From Alphaproteobacteria bacterium (lineage in GTDB: Bacteria; Pseudomonadota; Alphaproteobacteria; GCA-2731375): 64,000 nt of DNA. The position numbers and the translations under genes were made by a program. Location of the stretch: the NCBI GenBank assembly GCA_965232515.1, contig CBDDPY010000002.1, positions 3,168,001-3,232,000 of the forward strand, read 5' to 3'. Of this stretch, positions 12,590 to 21,617 are shown one piece after another; the stretch's first letter is position 1; each line of letters starts with the position of its first letter. The notes under the pieces are model-generated. The model did not search any database, was not told the origin of the DNA, and saw only the letters and a program-made list of their open reading frames with translations.

Positions 12590-13015
12590 CGATCGCCCTG
12601 CCGTCCGGGTTGCCGAAAATCGCCGACCTCTGCCAGCCCGCCATGCCGCGTTCCCGATACGTAGTTCTGTTCGATCTATTTGCATCCGGACGACCGGCGT
12701 TTGGCACAGCGCTCGCGCCTGGGACGACAGGCCGACCGAGCGGATCGTCGGCCGCGGTTTCCAAGCATTCCCGTCGACTTGCCATTGTGCGTTGGCGGCG
12801 ACGGCGGCGCCCCCGACGATAGATGTTTCCGATGGCCGGCGCGGCCGAAAGCAATCGACGAACACGGCCGTTTCGGCGCAACGGCATGAAGGCGCCGATC
12901 AGTAGATGCTGACAACGTGGTGGCAGCAGTCCGCAAACTGACACGATTGTGAAATTGTCGCGCTGTGTCACCGCGCCTAGACTGACGTCCTTGCACACAT
13001 TTCGGAGGGACACCG

Positions 13016-13396
13016 ATGTCAGCTGAGGCAACACGGGCGACGGCCGAGAAGCTGGTGGGCTATTGTCGCGAGAACAACGACGAGGCCTGTCTGAACGAGC
13101 TCTATCATCCCGACGCCGTCTCGGTCGAAGCGATGGCGATGCCGGGCGCCGACAGCGCCGAGGCCGTCGGCGTCGCGGCGATCAAGGGCAAGCACGACTG
13201 GTGGAATTCGTCGTTCGAGGTGCATTCGGCCAATGTCGACGGGCCGTATCTGCACGGCGACGACCGGTTCGGCGTGATCTTCGAAATCGACGCCACCGAG
13301 AAGGCTTCGGGCGAGCGCAACGCCATGAAGGAAATGGCGATCTATACCGTCAAAGACGGCAAGATCGTGCGCGAAGAGTTCTATTACAACATGTGA
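13016..13396 (+). CDS. SnoaL-like / NTF2-fold protein
   Basis: LYHPDAVSVEA...GK..WW...EMAIYTVKDGKIVREEFYY; GGAGG RBS. Confidence 0.85.
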   Translation: MSAEATRATAEKLVGYCRENNDEACLNELYHPDAVSVEAMAMPGADSAEAVGVAAIKGKHDWWNSSFEVHSANVDGPYLHGDDRFGVIFEIDATEKASGERNAMKEMAIYTVKDGKIVREEFYYNM

Positions 13397-13452
13397 TCGG
13401 GACGATGGCCCGTCGGTGCCGTGCCCGGCGCCGACGGGCCATCGCATCGAAT

Positions 13453-13653
13453 TGTCGGAATTCTTTACAGCTGATACGCCATCAGCATCGCCAAATCGGC
13501 ATTAACTTATTGAATTAAAAGAAGTTTTCAGGTGATTTCTCGTCCACGCGGTTGTCGTCGCCACGGCGCGGAAGTTTTTGCGTAACCCACTGAAATATAA
13601 GCGATTTTTCACACTCATTTCCGGGACAATCCAAGGTGTCGGTAGCGTTAACA
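13453..13653 (+). promoter_or_regulatory. Two TGT-N11-ACA enhancer-like boxes with nearby IHF-like sites
   Basis: TGTCGGAATTCTTTACA (13453-13469) and TGTCGGTAGCGTTAACA (13637-13653); AT-rich IHF-like motifs near 13503, 13583 and 13676. Confidence 0.55.
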
Positions 13654-13706
13654 CACGTCATCGGCGCATTTCGCATAAATCATTGGTTTTGCTAAGAAAA
13701 ACTCTA

Positions 13707-13722
13707 TGGCACGCAATTTGCT
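13707..13722 (+). promoter_or_regulatory. Sigma54 (-24/-12) promoter
   Basis: TGGCACGCAATTTGCT matches the TGGCACG-N4-TTGCW consensus, 43 bp before the ATG at 13765. Confidence 0.85.
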
Positions 13723-13764
13723 TTAACCATAGCAGGGGTGGGATCTCCTGTTGGGGTAACAACA

Positions 13765-14484
13765 ATGAAAACGTCTCAAACCCTCGGCATGGCCTTAGCG
13801 GGCCTGCTGGGGCTGTCGGGCCATGCGGCCACGGCGGCCGTTATTCTGGTCGACGCCGATCCGGCGACGATCGGAGTCCAAAACACGCGCACCGTCAATC
13901 AGGGCGCCAATTTCAGCGTCGACGTGGTGCTGGACACCACCGGCGTCGGCGCGGATACGGTCTTTGACACGACCAGCCTGGGCATCTCGTTCAACGACGC
14001 CGGCGCAATTCTGAGTTCGCTCGGCGCCAGCGCCGGGGCCGTCGCCGGCGCGCCGTTCATTTCGGGCTTCCCGGGCCTGCCGGCCGATCTCTTCGGCATT
14101 GCGACGGTTGCGCCCGGCGCCGCGTTGACAATGTCCGTCATCCCGCCGGGCGTACCCGCCGCCGGCTTTGCCAGTACGAGCGGGTTGTTCGGCCTGTTCG
14201 ACTCACCGTTCACGGTTCCGGCCGACACGGTCACGACCTTGTTCAGCTTTGCATTCAGCGCGGATGCGGCCGGGACCAGCACGCTGTTGGCGTCGAACAC
14301 CGACGCTGTCCTGTCAGAGCTCGAACTGTTCGGCAGTCCGATCGATGTCGATCTGGTATCGGCGTCGGTCACGGTGATGGCATCGAACGGCGATCCGAAC
14401 GCCGTGCCGGTGCCCGGCAGCATGCTGCTGTTCGGCAGCGCGTTGCTCGGCTTCGCCTGGTCGAGGCGCCGGCAACGGGCCTAA
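13765..14484 (+). CDS. PEP-CTERM/VPxP-CTERM sorting-domain surface protein
   Basis: Signal peptide, low-complexity A/G/S/T body, C-terminal VPVPGS + hydrophobic helix + RRRQR. Confidence 0.85.
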   Translation: MKTSQTLGMALAGLLGLSGHAATAAVILVDADPATIGVQNTRTVNQGANFSVDVVLDTTGVGADTVFDTTSLGISFNDAGAILSSLGASAGAVAGAPFISGFPGLPADLFGIATVAPGAALTMSVIPPGVPAAGFASTSGLFGLFDSPFTVPADTVTTLFSFAFSADAAGTSTLLASNTDAVLSELELFGSPIDVDLVSASVTVMASNGDPNAVPVPGSMLLFGSALLGFAWSRRRQRA

Positions 14485-14509
14485 ATCTCCCCGGCAATCG
14501 CCGGAACGG

Positions 14510-14548
14510 AAAAGCCCGGATGCGGTTACCGCACCCGGGCTTTTTTCT
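14510..14548. terminator. Rho-independent terminator after the PEP-CTERM gene
   Basis: AAAAGCCCGG...CCGGGCTTTTTT hairpin followed by a T run. Confidence 0.8.
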
Positions 14549-14596
14549 TGGCTAAGACGGTCGCGCAATCCGTCTGCCCTGGCCAATGACCGCTGG

Positions 14597-14635
14597 AAAA
14601 AGAAAACGCCCGGACGCGGCGACCGCGTCCGGGCG
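14597..14635 (-). terminator. Terminator for the RTX gene
   Basis: CGCCCGGACGCGG-CGA-CCGCGTCCGGGCG stem preceded by an A run on + (T run on -). Confidence 0.75.
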
Positions 14636-14658
14636 AGTTGACTAGGGAGGTACGAGGG

Positions 14659-17600
14659 TTACGCGAACAGGATGTCGTCCACGAGATCGTTGAGGTCGCG
14701 GCCGCTGAAGTCCTCCAGGATCCACTGGTCCTGGAAGCCGTGGCCATTGCCGGCGCCGTCGGCGTCGAACTGGATCTTCGTGTTCTTGCCGTCGTCAACC
14801 AACCGAACAAAGCTATCGGCGTTCTGCCGCATGAAGCCGGCCTCGGTCCGCGCCATCATGGCCTGGTCGAAGCCGGCGACGATGATCTTGTCCTCGCCGG
14901 GATTGAAGTTGGCGAAGGTGTCGACGCCATGCAGCTTGGCGTCGTAGCGGACCGTTACCTCGCCGCGCAGGAACGCCGACAAACTGAACTCGGCCGGCGC
15001 CGCCGAAGCGAGGCTCACGTTTTCGACGTTGATCACGGTTTCACCGTTGATGGCCGAGTCAAAGCCGGCGCCGCCGTCGATAAAGTCCGTGCCGGCACCG
15101 CCGTTGATGACGTCATTGCCGTCACCCGCCAGCAGGATGTCGTTACCGTTACCGCCCGACAGCACATCGTTGCCGTCGCCGCCGAGAACGACGTCGTTGC
15201 CGTTGCCGGAGATCAGGATGTCGTTGCCTTCACCGCCGGAGACGAAGTCGTTGCCGTCGTTGGCGATGATGATGTCACGCCCGTCTTCGCCGATCATGAC
15301 GTCGTTGCCGTCGCCGCCGAACATGATGTCGTTGCCGTCTCCGCCACGGGCGATGAGCGCAATGCCCGCCTGCAGGTCGGTGGCGTTGACGATGTCGTCG
15401 CCTTCCTCGCCGTCGATGATGACGGTCTCGAGGTCCGGCACGCCGCTGAGGTCGTTGACCGTCACCTCGTCGTCGCCGTCGCCCGTTCGGATGTCGATGA
15501 CCTCCGTCGAGCCGACGGTCTGCACAGACGGCGTCTGATTGACCTGCTCGATGCGCAGGAAGTTGCCGCTGGCGCTGAGGTCGATCTCGTCATCGAGGTT
15601 GCTGAACGTCATCTGGAAGGTGTCCCGGCCGGCGCCGCCGAAGGTCAGGTCGTTGCCGTCGCCGAAGTTCCAGACCATCAGGTCGTTGCCGTTCTCGCCG
15701 AAAACGAAATCGTTGCCGGTACCGCCGATCAGCGTGTCGTTGCCGTCGCGGCCGCGTAGCAGGTCGTTGTCGCCGCCGCCCTTGATCGTGTCGCCGCCGT
15801 CACCGCCGGTGACGATGTCGTTGCCGAGACCGCCGTCGATGTCGAGCGAGATCAGGCCCGCGAGGCCGTTGCTGCCGGTAAACCGATCGTTGCCGGCGAG
15901 CAGGTTGACGTCGAGCGTTTCGATCGTACCGATATCGAGGGTGAACTGGTTCGGGTAGGTCCCCTGCACCTGCACGCGGTTGCCGTTCGGCGTCACCATG
16001 ACCATGTCGCCGCTGGTGTTCGAGCCGTTGACCTGCAGCGTGTCGTTGTCGTCGCCGCCTTCGACGAAGTCGGAGCCGTCGCCGTTGTTGTGGATGATCA
16101 GGTCGTTGCCGTCCTCGCCCAGGATGATGTCGTTGCCGGTTCGGCCAAGCAGCGTGTCGTTGCCGGCGCCGCCACGGATCACGTCGGCGCCGTCGCCGCC
16201 GATGATCAGGTCGTTGCCCTCGCCGCCGTCAAGGTCGAGCTGGATCAAACCGGCGAGGCCGTTGCTGGCGATGATGACATCGCTGCCGCCCTGGCCGTTC
16301 ACGTCCAGGTTCTCGGTGGTGCCGATGTCGAGCGTGAACAGGCCGAGGTTGGTGCGCCGGAAACGGACGCGCTCGCCGTTCGGATCGATCTGGAAGCTGT
16401 CGCCGGCGCCGTTGGCGCCGTTCACCTGAACCGTATCCAGGCCATCGCCGCCTTCCATGAAGTCGGAGCCGTCGTCGTTGTTCCAGATCAAGAGGTCATT
16501 GCCGTCCTGACCGAGCATGATGTCGTTGCCGCGACCGCCGAGCAGGGTGTCGTTGCCGGCGCCGCCGCGCAGCACGTCGGCCCCGTCGCCGCCGATAAGC
16601 AAGTCGTTGCCTTCGCCGCCGTCGAGATCGAGGCTGATCAGGCCGTTCAGGCCGACACTGCCGATGATGATGTCGTTACCGCCCTGGCCGTTGATGTCCA
16701 GGTTTTCGGTCGTGCCGATATCGAGCACGAACTGTTCGAGATTGTTGCGCCGCACGCGGACGCGCTCGCCGTTCGGATCGATGCGGATGTCGTCGCCGGC
16801 GTCGTTGGCGCCGTTGATCTGGACGGTGTCGATGTCCTCGCCGCCTTCCAGGAAGTCGGAGCCGTCGCCGTTGTTCCAGATCAGCAGGTCGTTGCCGTCC
16901 TGGCCGAGCACGATGTCGTTGCCACGATTGCCGAGCAGCGTGTCGTTGCCGGCGCCACCGCGCAGCACGTCGGCCCCGTCGCCGCCGATCAACAGGTCGT
17001 TGCCCTCGCCGCCGTCGAGATCGAGGCTGATCAGGCCGGCAAGGCCGACGCTGCCGACGATGATGTCATTGCCGCCGCCGCCGTTGACGTCGAGATTTTC
17101 AACGGTGCCGATGTCGAGGGTGAACAGACCGAGATTGTTGCGCTGAAAGCGTACCCGGTTGCCATTCGGCGAGATCGAAAAATCGTCCCCGGCGCCATCG
17201 GCGCCGTTGACTTGAACGGTGTCGGTACCAGAGCCGCCTTCCAGAAAATCGGAACCATCGCCGTTGTTGACGATCAGCAGGTCGCTGCCGTCCTCGCCGA
17301 GGACAACGTCGTTGCCCTGGCGACCGAGCAGCGTGTCGTTGCCGGCACCGCCGCGCAGCACGTCGATGCCGTCGCCGCCAATCAGCAGATCGTTGCCCTC
17401 GCCGCCATCGAGATCGAGACTGATCAAGCCGTTCAGACCGACACTGCCGACGATGACGTCGTTGCCGCCCTGGCCGTTAATGTCCAAGTTCTCGACGGTG
17501 CCGATGTCGAGCGTGAACAGCCCGAGATTGTTGCGCTGAACGCGGATGCGATCGCCGTTCGGGTCGATCGAAATGTCATCGCCCGCGCCGTTGGCGCCAT

Positions 17601-18102
17601 TGAGCTGGACAAAATCGTTGCCGTCCCCGCCCTCCATGGTGTCGGAGCCGTCGCCGTTGTTCCAGATCAGCAGATCATTGCCAGCACCGCCGTTGACGTT
17701 GTCGTTGCCGCGGTCGCCCAATAAAACGTCGTTGCCGCTGCCACCGAAGATCTGGTCGGCATTGTCGCCGCCGCGGATCGTGTCGTTGCCGCTGCCGCCA
17801 AGGACGGTGTCCTGGCCGCTGCCACCGATCAGCAAATCGTTGCCGCTGCTGCCCAACAGAAAGGCGCGGGGCAGGGCGCCGTTGAACTCGTTCAAAGTGA
17901 TCTGATCGTTGCCGTCGAGTCCCAAGCCAAGGATCGTCGTGGTGTTGTTGACGGTCGCCGGTCCGCCGACGATGGCGACCTCGCCGTTGTTGATCAGAAT
18001 GGTGCCGTCGGCGGCCCGAGAAATGTTGATCACGTTATCGGCGTTGTCGCCGACAATCGAAAGCACGCCCGTTTGCGCTGAAAATGAGGCGGTTACTGCC
18101 AT
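14659..18102 (-). CDS. RTX calcium-binding repeat protein, probable type I secretion substrate
   Basis: Many GGxGxDxLx nonapeptides, no Sec signal, T1SS-like C-terminus (DTFANFNPGEDKI...); AGGAG RBS before ATG 18102; adjacent to T1SS genes. Confidence 0.9.
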   Translation of the reverse strand: MAVTASFSAQTGVLSIVGDNADNVINISRAADGTILINNGEVAIVGGPATVNNTTTILGLGLDGNDQITLNEFNGALPRAFLLGSSGNDLLIGGSGQDTVLGGSGNDTIRGGDNADQIFGGSGNDVLLGDRGNDNVNGGAGNDLLIWNNGDGSDTMEGGDGNDFVQLNGANGAGDDISIDPNGDRIRVQRNNLGLFTLDIGTVENLDINGQGGNDVIVGSVGLNGLISLDLDGGEGNDLLIGGDGIDVLRGGAGNDTLLGRQGNDVVLGEDGSDLLIVNNGDGSDFLEGGSGTDTVQVNGADGAGDDFSISPNGNRVRFQRNNLGLFTLDIGTVENLDVNGGGGNDIIVGSVGLAGLISLDLDGGEGNDLLIGGDGADVLRGGAGNDTLLGNRGNDIVLGQDGNDLLIWNNGDGSDFLEGGEDIDTVQINGANDAGDDIRIDPNGERVRVRRNNLEQFVLDIGTTENLDINGQGGNDIIIGSVGLNGLISLDLDGGEGNDLLIGGDGADVLRGGAGNDTLLGGRGNDIMLGQDGNDLLIWNNDDGSDFMEGGDGLDTVQVNGANGAGDSFQIDPNGERVRFRRTNLGLFTLDIGTTENLDVNGQGGSDVIIASNGLAGLIQLDLDGGEGNDLIIGGDGADVIRGGAGNDTLLGRTGNDIILGEDGNDLIIHNNGDGSDFVEGGDDNDTLQVNGSNTSGDMVMVTPNGNRVQVQGTYPNQFTLDIGTIETLDVNLLAGNDRFTGSNGLAGLISLDIDGGLGNDIVTGGDGGDTIKGGGDNDLLRGRDGNDTLIGGTGNDFVFGENGNDLMVWNFGDGNDLTFGGAGRDTFQMTFSNLDDEIDLSASGNFLRIEQVNQTPSVQTVGSTEVIDIRTGDGDDEVTVNDLSGVPDLETVIIDGEEGDDIVNATDLQAGIALIARGGDGNDIMFGGDGNDVMIGEDGRDIIIANDGNDFVSGGEGNDILISGNGNDVVLGGDGNDVLSGGNGNDILLAGDGNDVINGGAGTDFIDGGAGFDSAINGETVINVENVSLASAAPAEFSLSAFLRGEVTVRYDAKLHGVDTFANFNPGEDKIIVAGFDQAMMARTEAGFMRQNADSFVRLVDDGKNTKIQFDADGAGNGHGFQDQWILEDFSGRDLNDLVDDILFA
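15600..17700 (-). repeat. Intragenic tandem repeat of about 393 bp (131 aa), about 6 units
   Basis: The NNGDGSD anchor recurs at 17644, 17251, 16858, 16465 and 16072 (393-bp steps) and, degenerate, at 15652 (420 bp). Confidence 0.85.
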
Positions 18103-18221
18103 TGTTCTTCTCCTGAAATTTCCGTGTTCGCCGCGCGGCCAACAGGACGCACTGACCCCCAAAAGGCGCGGCGGACATTGACGGCACAACGTTTCCTGGA
18201 AATTTCACGTGCCGGATTTGT

Positions 18222-18284
18222 TGTTTCTTTTGTTTCGATACGACATGACCGCAACCTCGCGTCGGGCACGAAACAAATGAAACA
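18222..18284. promoter_or_regulatory. Inverted repeat in the divergent RTX/T1SS promoter
   Basis: TGTTTCTTTTGTTTCG (18222-18237) versus CGAAACAAATGAAACA (18269-18284), 15/16 complementary. Confidence 0.55.
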
Positions 18285-18367
18285 CGACAACCGTTTCGAG
18301 ACATCCTGGCGAAACGTCGTCCTGCAACTGTCCGCCGCGTCAAAACCAAGAAACGTGGGGGGCCGAC

Positions 18368-20131
18368 ATGCAGGCTGTCTCAACACGCGCAGAGAACAAT
18401 CCGATCAAGGAAGCGCTTACGCACTGCCGGACGGCGCTGCCCGCACTGATCCTTTTCAGTTGTTTGATCAATATTCTGATTCTGGCGTCGCCGATCTACA
18501 TGATGCAGGTCTTCGACCGGGTGCTGTCGAGCGGCCGGACAGAGACGCTGTTGTATCTGACGTTGATCGCCGGCGTTGCGGTGCTGGTGATGGGTGCGAT
18601 CCATATGGCGCGCAGTCAGATCCTGGCACGCATCGCGCGTTGGCTGGGACGCCGGCTGGCGCCGGATTTGATTGCGTCGTGCACGCGGGCGGCGCTCAAC
18701 GGCTTTTCGGCCGGCGCCCAGCCGCTGCGCGACCTCTCGACGATCCGCGGCTTCGTCTCAGGCTCGGGCATCAACGCCGTGTTCGACGCGCCCTGGGTGC
18801 CGTTGTTCGTCGCCGTGATCTGGCTGCTGCATCCCTGGCTCGGCATGGTCGCGCTCGGCGCCGCCGTCATGATCTTCGTCGTGGCGCTGCTGAACGAATA
18901 CCTGTCGCGCAAGCCGCTACGCGCATCGAACGTCGTGTCGCTGAGCGGTTATCGGGACGCCGACGCCGCCGTGCGCAACGCCGATGTCTTTCAGGCCATG
19001 GGCATGCTGCCGAACTTCCTCGCCAGCTGGACCCGGCGACAGGACGAGGGTCTGGACCAGCAATTGAAGGCCGGCGACCGCAGCGCCGCGCTGCTCGGCT
19101 TTTCACGCTTCTTCCGGGTGTTCGCCCAGGTCGCGATCCTGGGCGTCGGCGCCTATCTGGTATTGGAGTCCCAGTTGAGCTCCGGCGGCATGATCGCCGC
19201 GTCGATCCTCCTGGGCAGGGCGCTGGCGCCGGTCGAGCAGGCCATGGGCGCCTGGAAGGGCCTGGTCGCGGCGCGCGACGCGCATGGCCGCCTGAAGCGA
19301 CTGTTCGAACAGGCCCCGGTGACAGAAACCGCCATGGCGCTGCCGGCGCCGGAAGGGCGGCTGGCTTGTGAGCAGGTAATGTGGGTGCCGAACGGGCGCG
19401 AGGAACCGGTGCTGAACGGCGTCAGCTTCGCGCTCGAGCCGGGCGAGGCCTTGGGCATGATCGGCCCGTCGGCGGCGGGCAAGTCGTCGCTCTGCCGCAT
19501 GCTGGTCGGCACGGCAGCGCCGACGCGCGGCCATGTGCGGCTGGACGGCGCCGATCTGTTCGCCTGGCCGGCCGACGATCTGGGCCCGGCTATCGGCTAC
19601 CTGCCGCAGGACGTTGAGCTGTTCAGCGGCACGGTGAAGGCGAACATCGCCCGGCTCTGGGCCGACGCCGAGCCGGCCGAGATCGTCGCGGCCGCGAAGC
19701 TCGCCGGTGTGCATGACATGATCCTGCGGCTGTCGGACGGCTACGACACCGAGATCGGCGACGACGGCTCGCTGCTGTCGGGCGGTCAGCGTCAGCGAAT
19801 CGGCCTCGCCCGGGCGCTGTTCGGCCGGCCGAAGTTGATCGTGCTGGACGAACCCAACGCCAATCTGGACCAGGACGGCGAGCTCGCCCTGATGACGGCC
19901 ATCGAGGCCGCCAAGGGCTGGGGCGCGACTATCGTGCTGGTCGCCCACCATCCGCGCATTCTGGGTCAGATGGATAAGCTGATGGTGCTGCGCGACGGCC
20001 AGGTCGCCGTCTTCGGGCCGCGCGACGACATCCTGGCGCAGATCATGCCGCGACCGAAGACGGTCGCCACCACGCAACGGTCGGCGACGCCGGTCGGCGA
20101 GAATGCCGCCGTGCAGGCTGGGAGGACATGA
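18368..20131 (+). CDS. Type I secretion ABC transporter (PrtD/AprD family)
   Basis: PIYMMQVFDRVLSS, FDAPW, ASILLGRALAPVEQ, GPSAAGKS, LSGGQRQRIGLARA, LDEPNANLD. Confidence 0.93.
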   Translation: MQAVSTRAENNPIKEALTHCRTALPALILFSCLINILILASPIYMMQVFDRVLSSGRTETLLYLTLIAGVAVLVMGAIHMARSQILARIARWLGRRLAPDLIASCTRAALNGFSAGAQPLRDLSTIRGFVSGSGINAVFDAPWVPLFVAVIWLLHPWLGMVALGAAVMIFVVALLNEYLSRKPLRASNVVSLSGYRDADAAVRNADVFQAMGMLPNFLASWTRRQDEGLDQQLKAGDRSAALLGFSRFFRVFAQVAILGVGAYLVLESQLSSGGMIAASILLGRALAPVEQAMGAWKGLVAARDAHGRLKRLFEQAPVTETAMALPAPEGRLACEQVMWVPNGREEPVLNGVSFALEPGEALGMIGPSAAGKSSLCRMLVGTAAPTRGHVRLDGADLFAWPADDLGPAIGYLPQDVELFSGTVKANIARLWADAEPAEIVAAAKLAGVHDMILRLSDGYDTEIGDDGSLLSGGQRQRIGLARALFGRPKLIVLDEPNANLDQDGELALMTAIEAAKGWGATIVLVAHHPRILGQMDKLMVLRDGQVAVFGPRDDILAQIMPRPKTVATTQRSATPVGENAAVQAGRT

Positions 20132-21501
20132 TGAGCAAGCAGAAGAACCCGATGCCCGAGGCCGCCAACGATCACGTCAAGTCGGCCAGCGCCATCGGCA
20201 CGCCGGGCCCGCTTCGCAAGGAACTGCGTTCCGTCACTTGGTTCGGCATTCTCGCCGGCGCGCTATTCTTCGCCATCGGCGGCGGCTGGGCGGCGACGGC
20301 GCAATTGTCTGCGGCCGCGATCGCCGCCGGTATCGTCAGTCCGGAAGGCCGGCGCCAGACCGTGCAGCACCTGGAAGGCGGCATCATCCGCGAGATCCGC
20401 GTCGCCGAAGGCGACAAGGTGGCCGAGGGCGACGTCCTGATGGTGCTGGGCGACGTCAGCGCCCGGGCCGAGGTGGGCGCGTTCATGACCCGACTGCGCA
20501 CGCTGGCGGCGACCGAAGCCCGACTGAGGGCGGAGGCCGAGGGCCGCGAGGACGTCGCCTTTACGCATGACACGCTCGCGGATCGGGACGATTCCGACGT
20601 GCGCGCCGTGATTACGCAGCAAAGCAGCCTGTTCGCGACCCGACGGGACAATTTCGACAGCCAGCAGTCGATCCTCGGCCAGCGCCTGGCGCAGCTCGAG
20701 CAGCAGATCGGCGGCATCAAGAAGCAGTTGCGCGGCACCCGCCGGCAGAACGAGCTGATCGGCGAAGAGATCGAGACCGTGGCCGAGCTGATGGCGAAGG
20801 GTCATGCCCGCAAGCCGCGGCTGCTGGCGCTGAAGCGCGCCGAGGCCTCGCTGCAAGGCCAGGAAGGCGAGCTGCAGGCGGCGCTGGCCCGCACGCGCGA
20901 GGCCATCGGCGAAACCGAGTTGCGGCGGGCGACATTGAAGCTGCAACGCATGGAGGACGTCGCCGAAAACCTGGCGCTGGTTCAGGAGCAGCGCATCGAG
21001 GTCGAGAAGCAGATCACGGCGAGCCTCGACCGCCTGAAGCGCACCGAGATCCTGGCACCCGTCGCCGGTACCGTGCACAAGCTGGCGTTCCACAGCGTCG
21101 GTGGCGTGATCCGCACCGGCCAGCCGATCCTCGATATCGTCCCCGCCGAGGACGACCTGATCATCGAGGCCCGCGTCTCGCCGACCGACATCGACGACGT
21201 GCATGCCGGCCTGTCGGCTTACGTCACCTTCCCGTCCTACGCCCAGCGCCACATGCTGCGCATCGCCGGCGAGGTGACGCACGTCTCGGCCGACGCGCTG
21301 GAGGACGAGCGGTCGGGCGAATACTTCTTCCTGGCCAAGATCAAAGTCGACCGCGACCACCTGCAGACGGCCGCGCCGGAGATCGAACTGACGCCCGGTC
21401 TGCCGGCCGAGTCCTATATCGCCACCGGCGACCGGACCATGCTGGAATATTTGGGCCAGCCGTTCATGCAGTCGCTGGAGCGCGCGTTTCGGGAACACTG
21501 A
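20128..21501 (+). CDS. Type I secretion membrane fusion protein (HlyD/PrtE family)
   Basis: N-terminal TM, VQHLEGGII, coiled coil, APVAG, PGLPAE, RTMLEYL; ATGA overlap with the ABC gene. Confidence 0.93.
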   Translation: MMSKQKNPMPEAANDHVKSASAIGTPGPLRKELRSVTWFGILAGALFFAIGGGWAATAQLSAAAIAAGIVSPEGRRQTVQHLEGGIIREIRVAEGDKVAEGDVLMVLGDVSARAEVGAFMTRLRTLAATEARLRAEAEGREDVAFTHDTLADRDDSDVRAVITQQSSLFATRRDNFDSQQSILGQRLAQLEQQIGGIKKQLRGTRRQNELIGEEIETVAELMAKGHARKPRLLALKRAEASLQGQEGELQAALARTREAIGETELRRATLKLQRMEDVAENLALVQEQRIEVEKQITASLDRLKRTEILAPVAGTVHKLAFHSVGGVIRTGQPILDIVPAEDDLIIEARVSPTDIDDVHAGLSAYVTFPSYAQRHMLRIAGEVTHVSADALEDERSGEYFFLAKIKVDRDHLQTAAPEIELTPGLPAESYIATGDRTMLEYLGQPFMQSLERAFREH

Positions 21502-21617
21502 GACCCGAACGACCTGTTCCAACCGCAGCCGCGCTGCCAAAACGCCATCGCGCGTTCGGCGGCGCGGCGGCATAATGGCCGGAACGACCAACAGACCGGC
21601 ATGGGACGGGAAGCGGG

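Noticed and set aside
12702-12716. TGGCACAGCGCTCGC as a sigma54 promoter
   Set aside because: GG-N10-GC spacing fits, but the -12 element is poor (TCGC) and it is about 300 bp from the next gene.
15600-17700. Periodic repeats as a possible CRISPR array
   Set aside because: The repeats are in-frame coding units with synonymous variation; no unique spacers and no cas genes.
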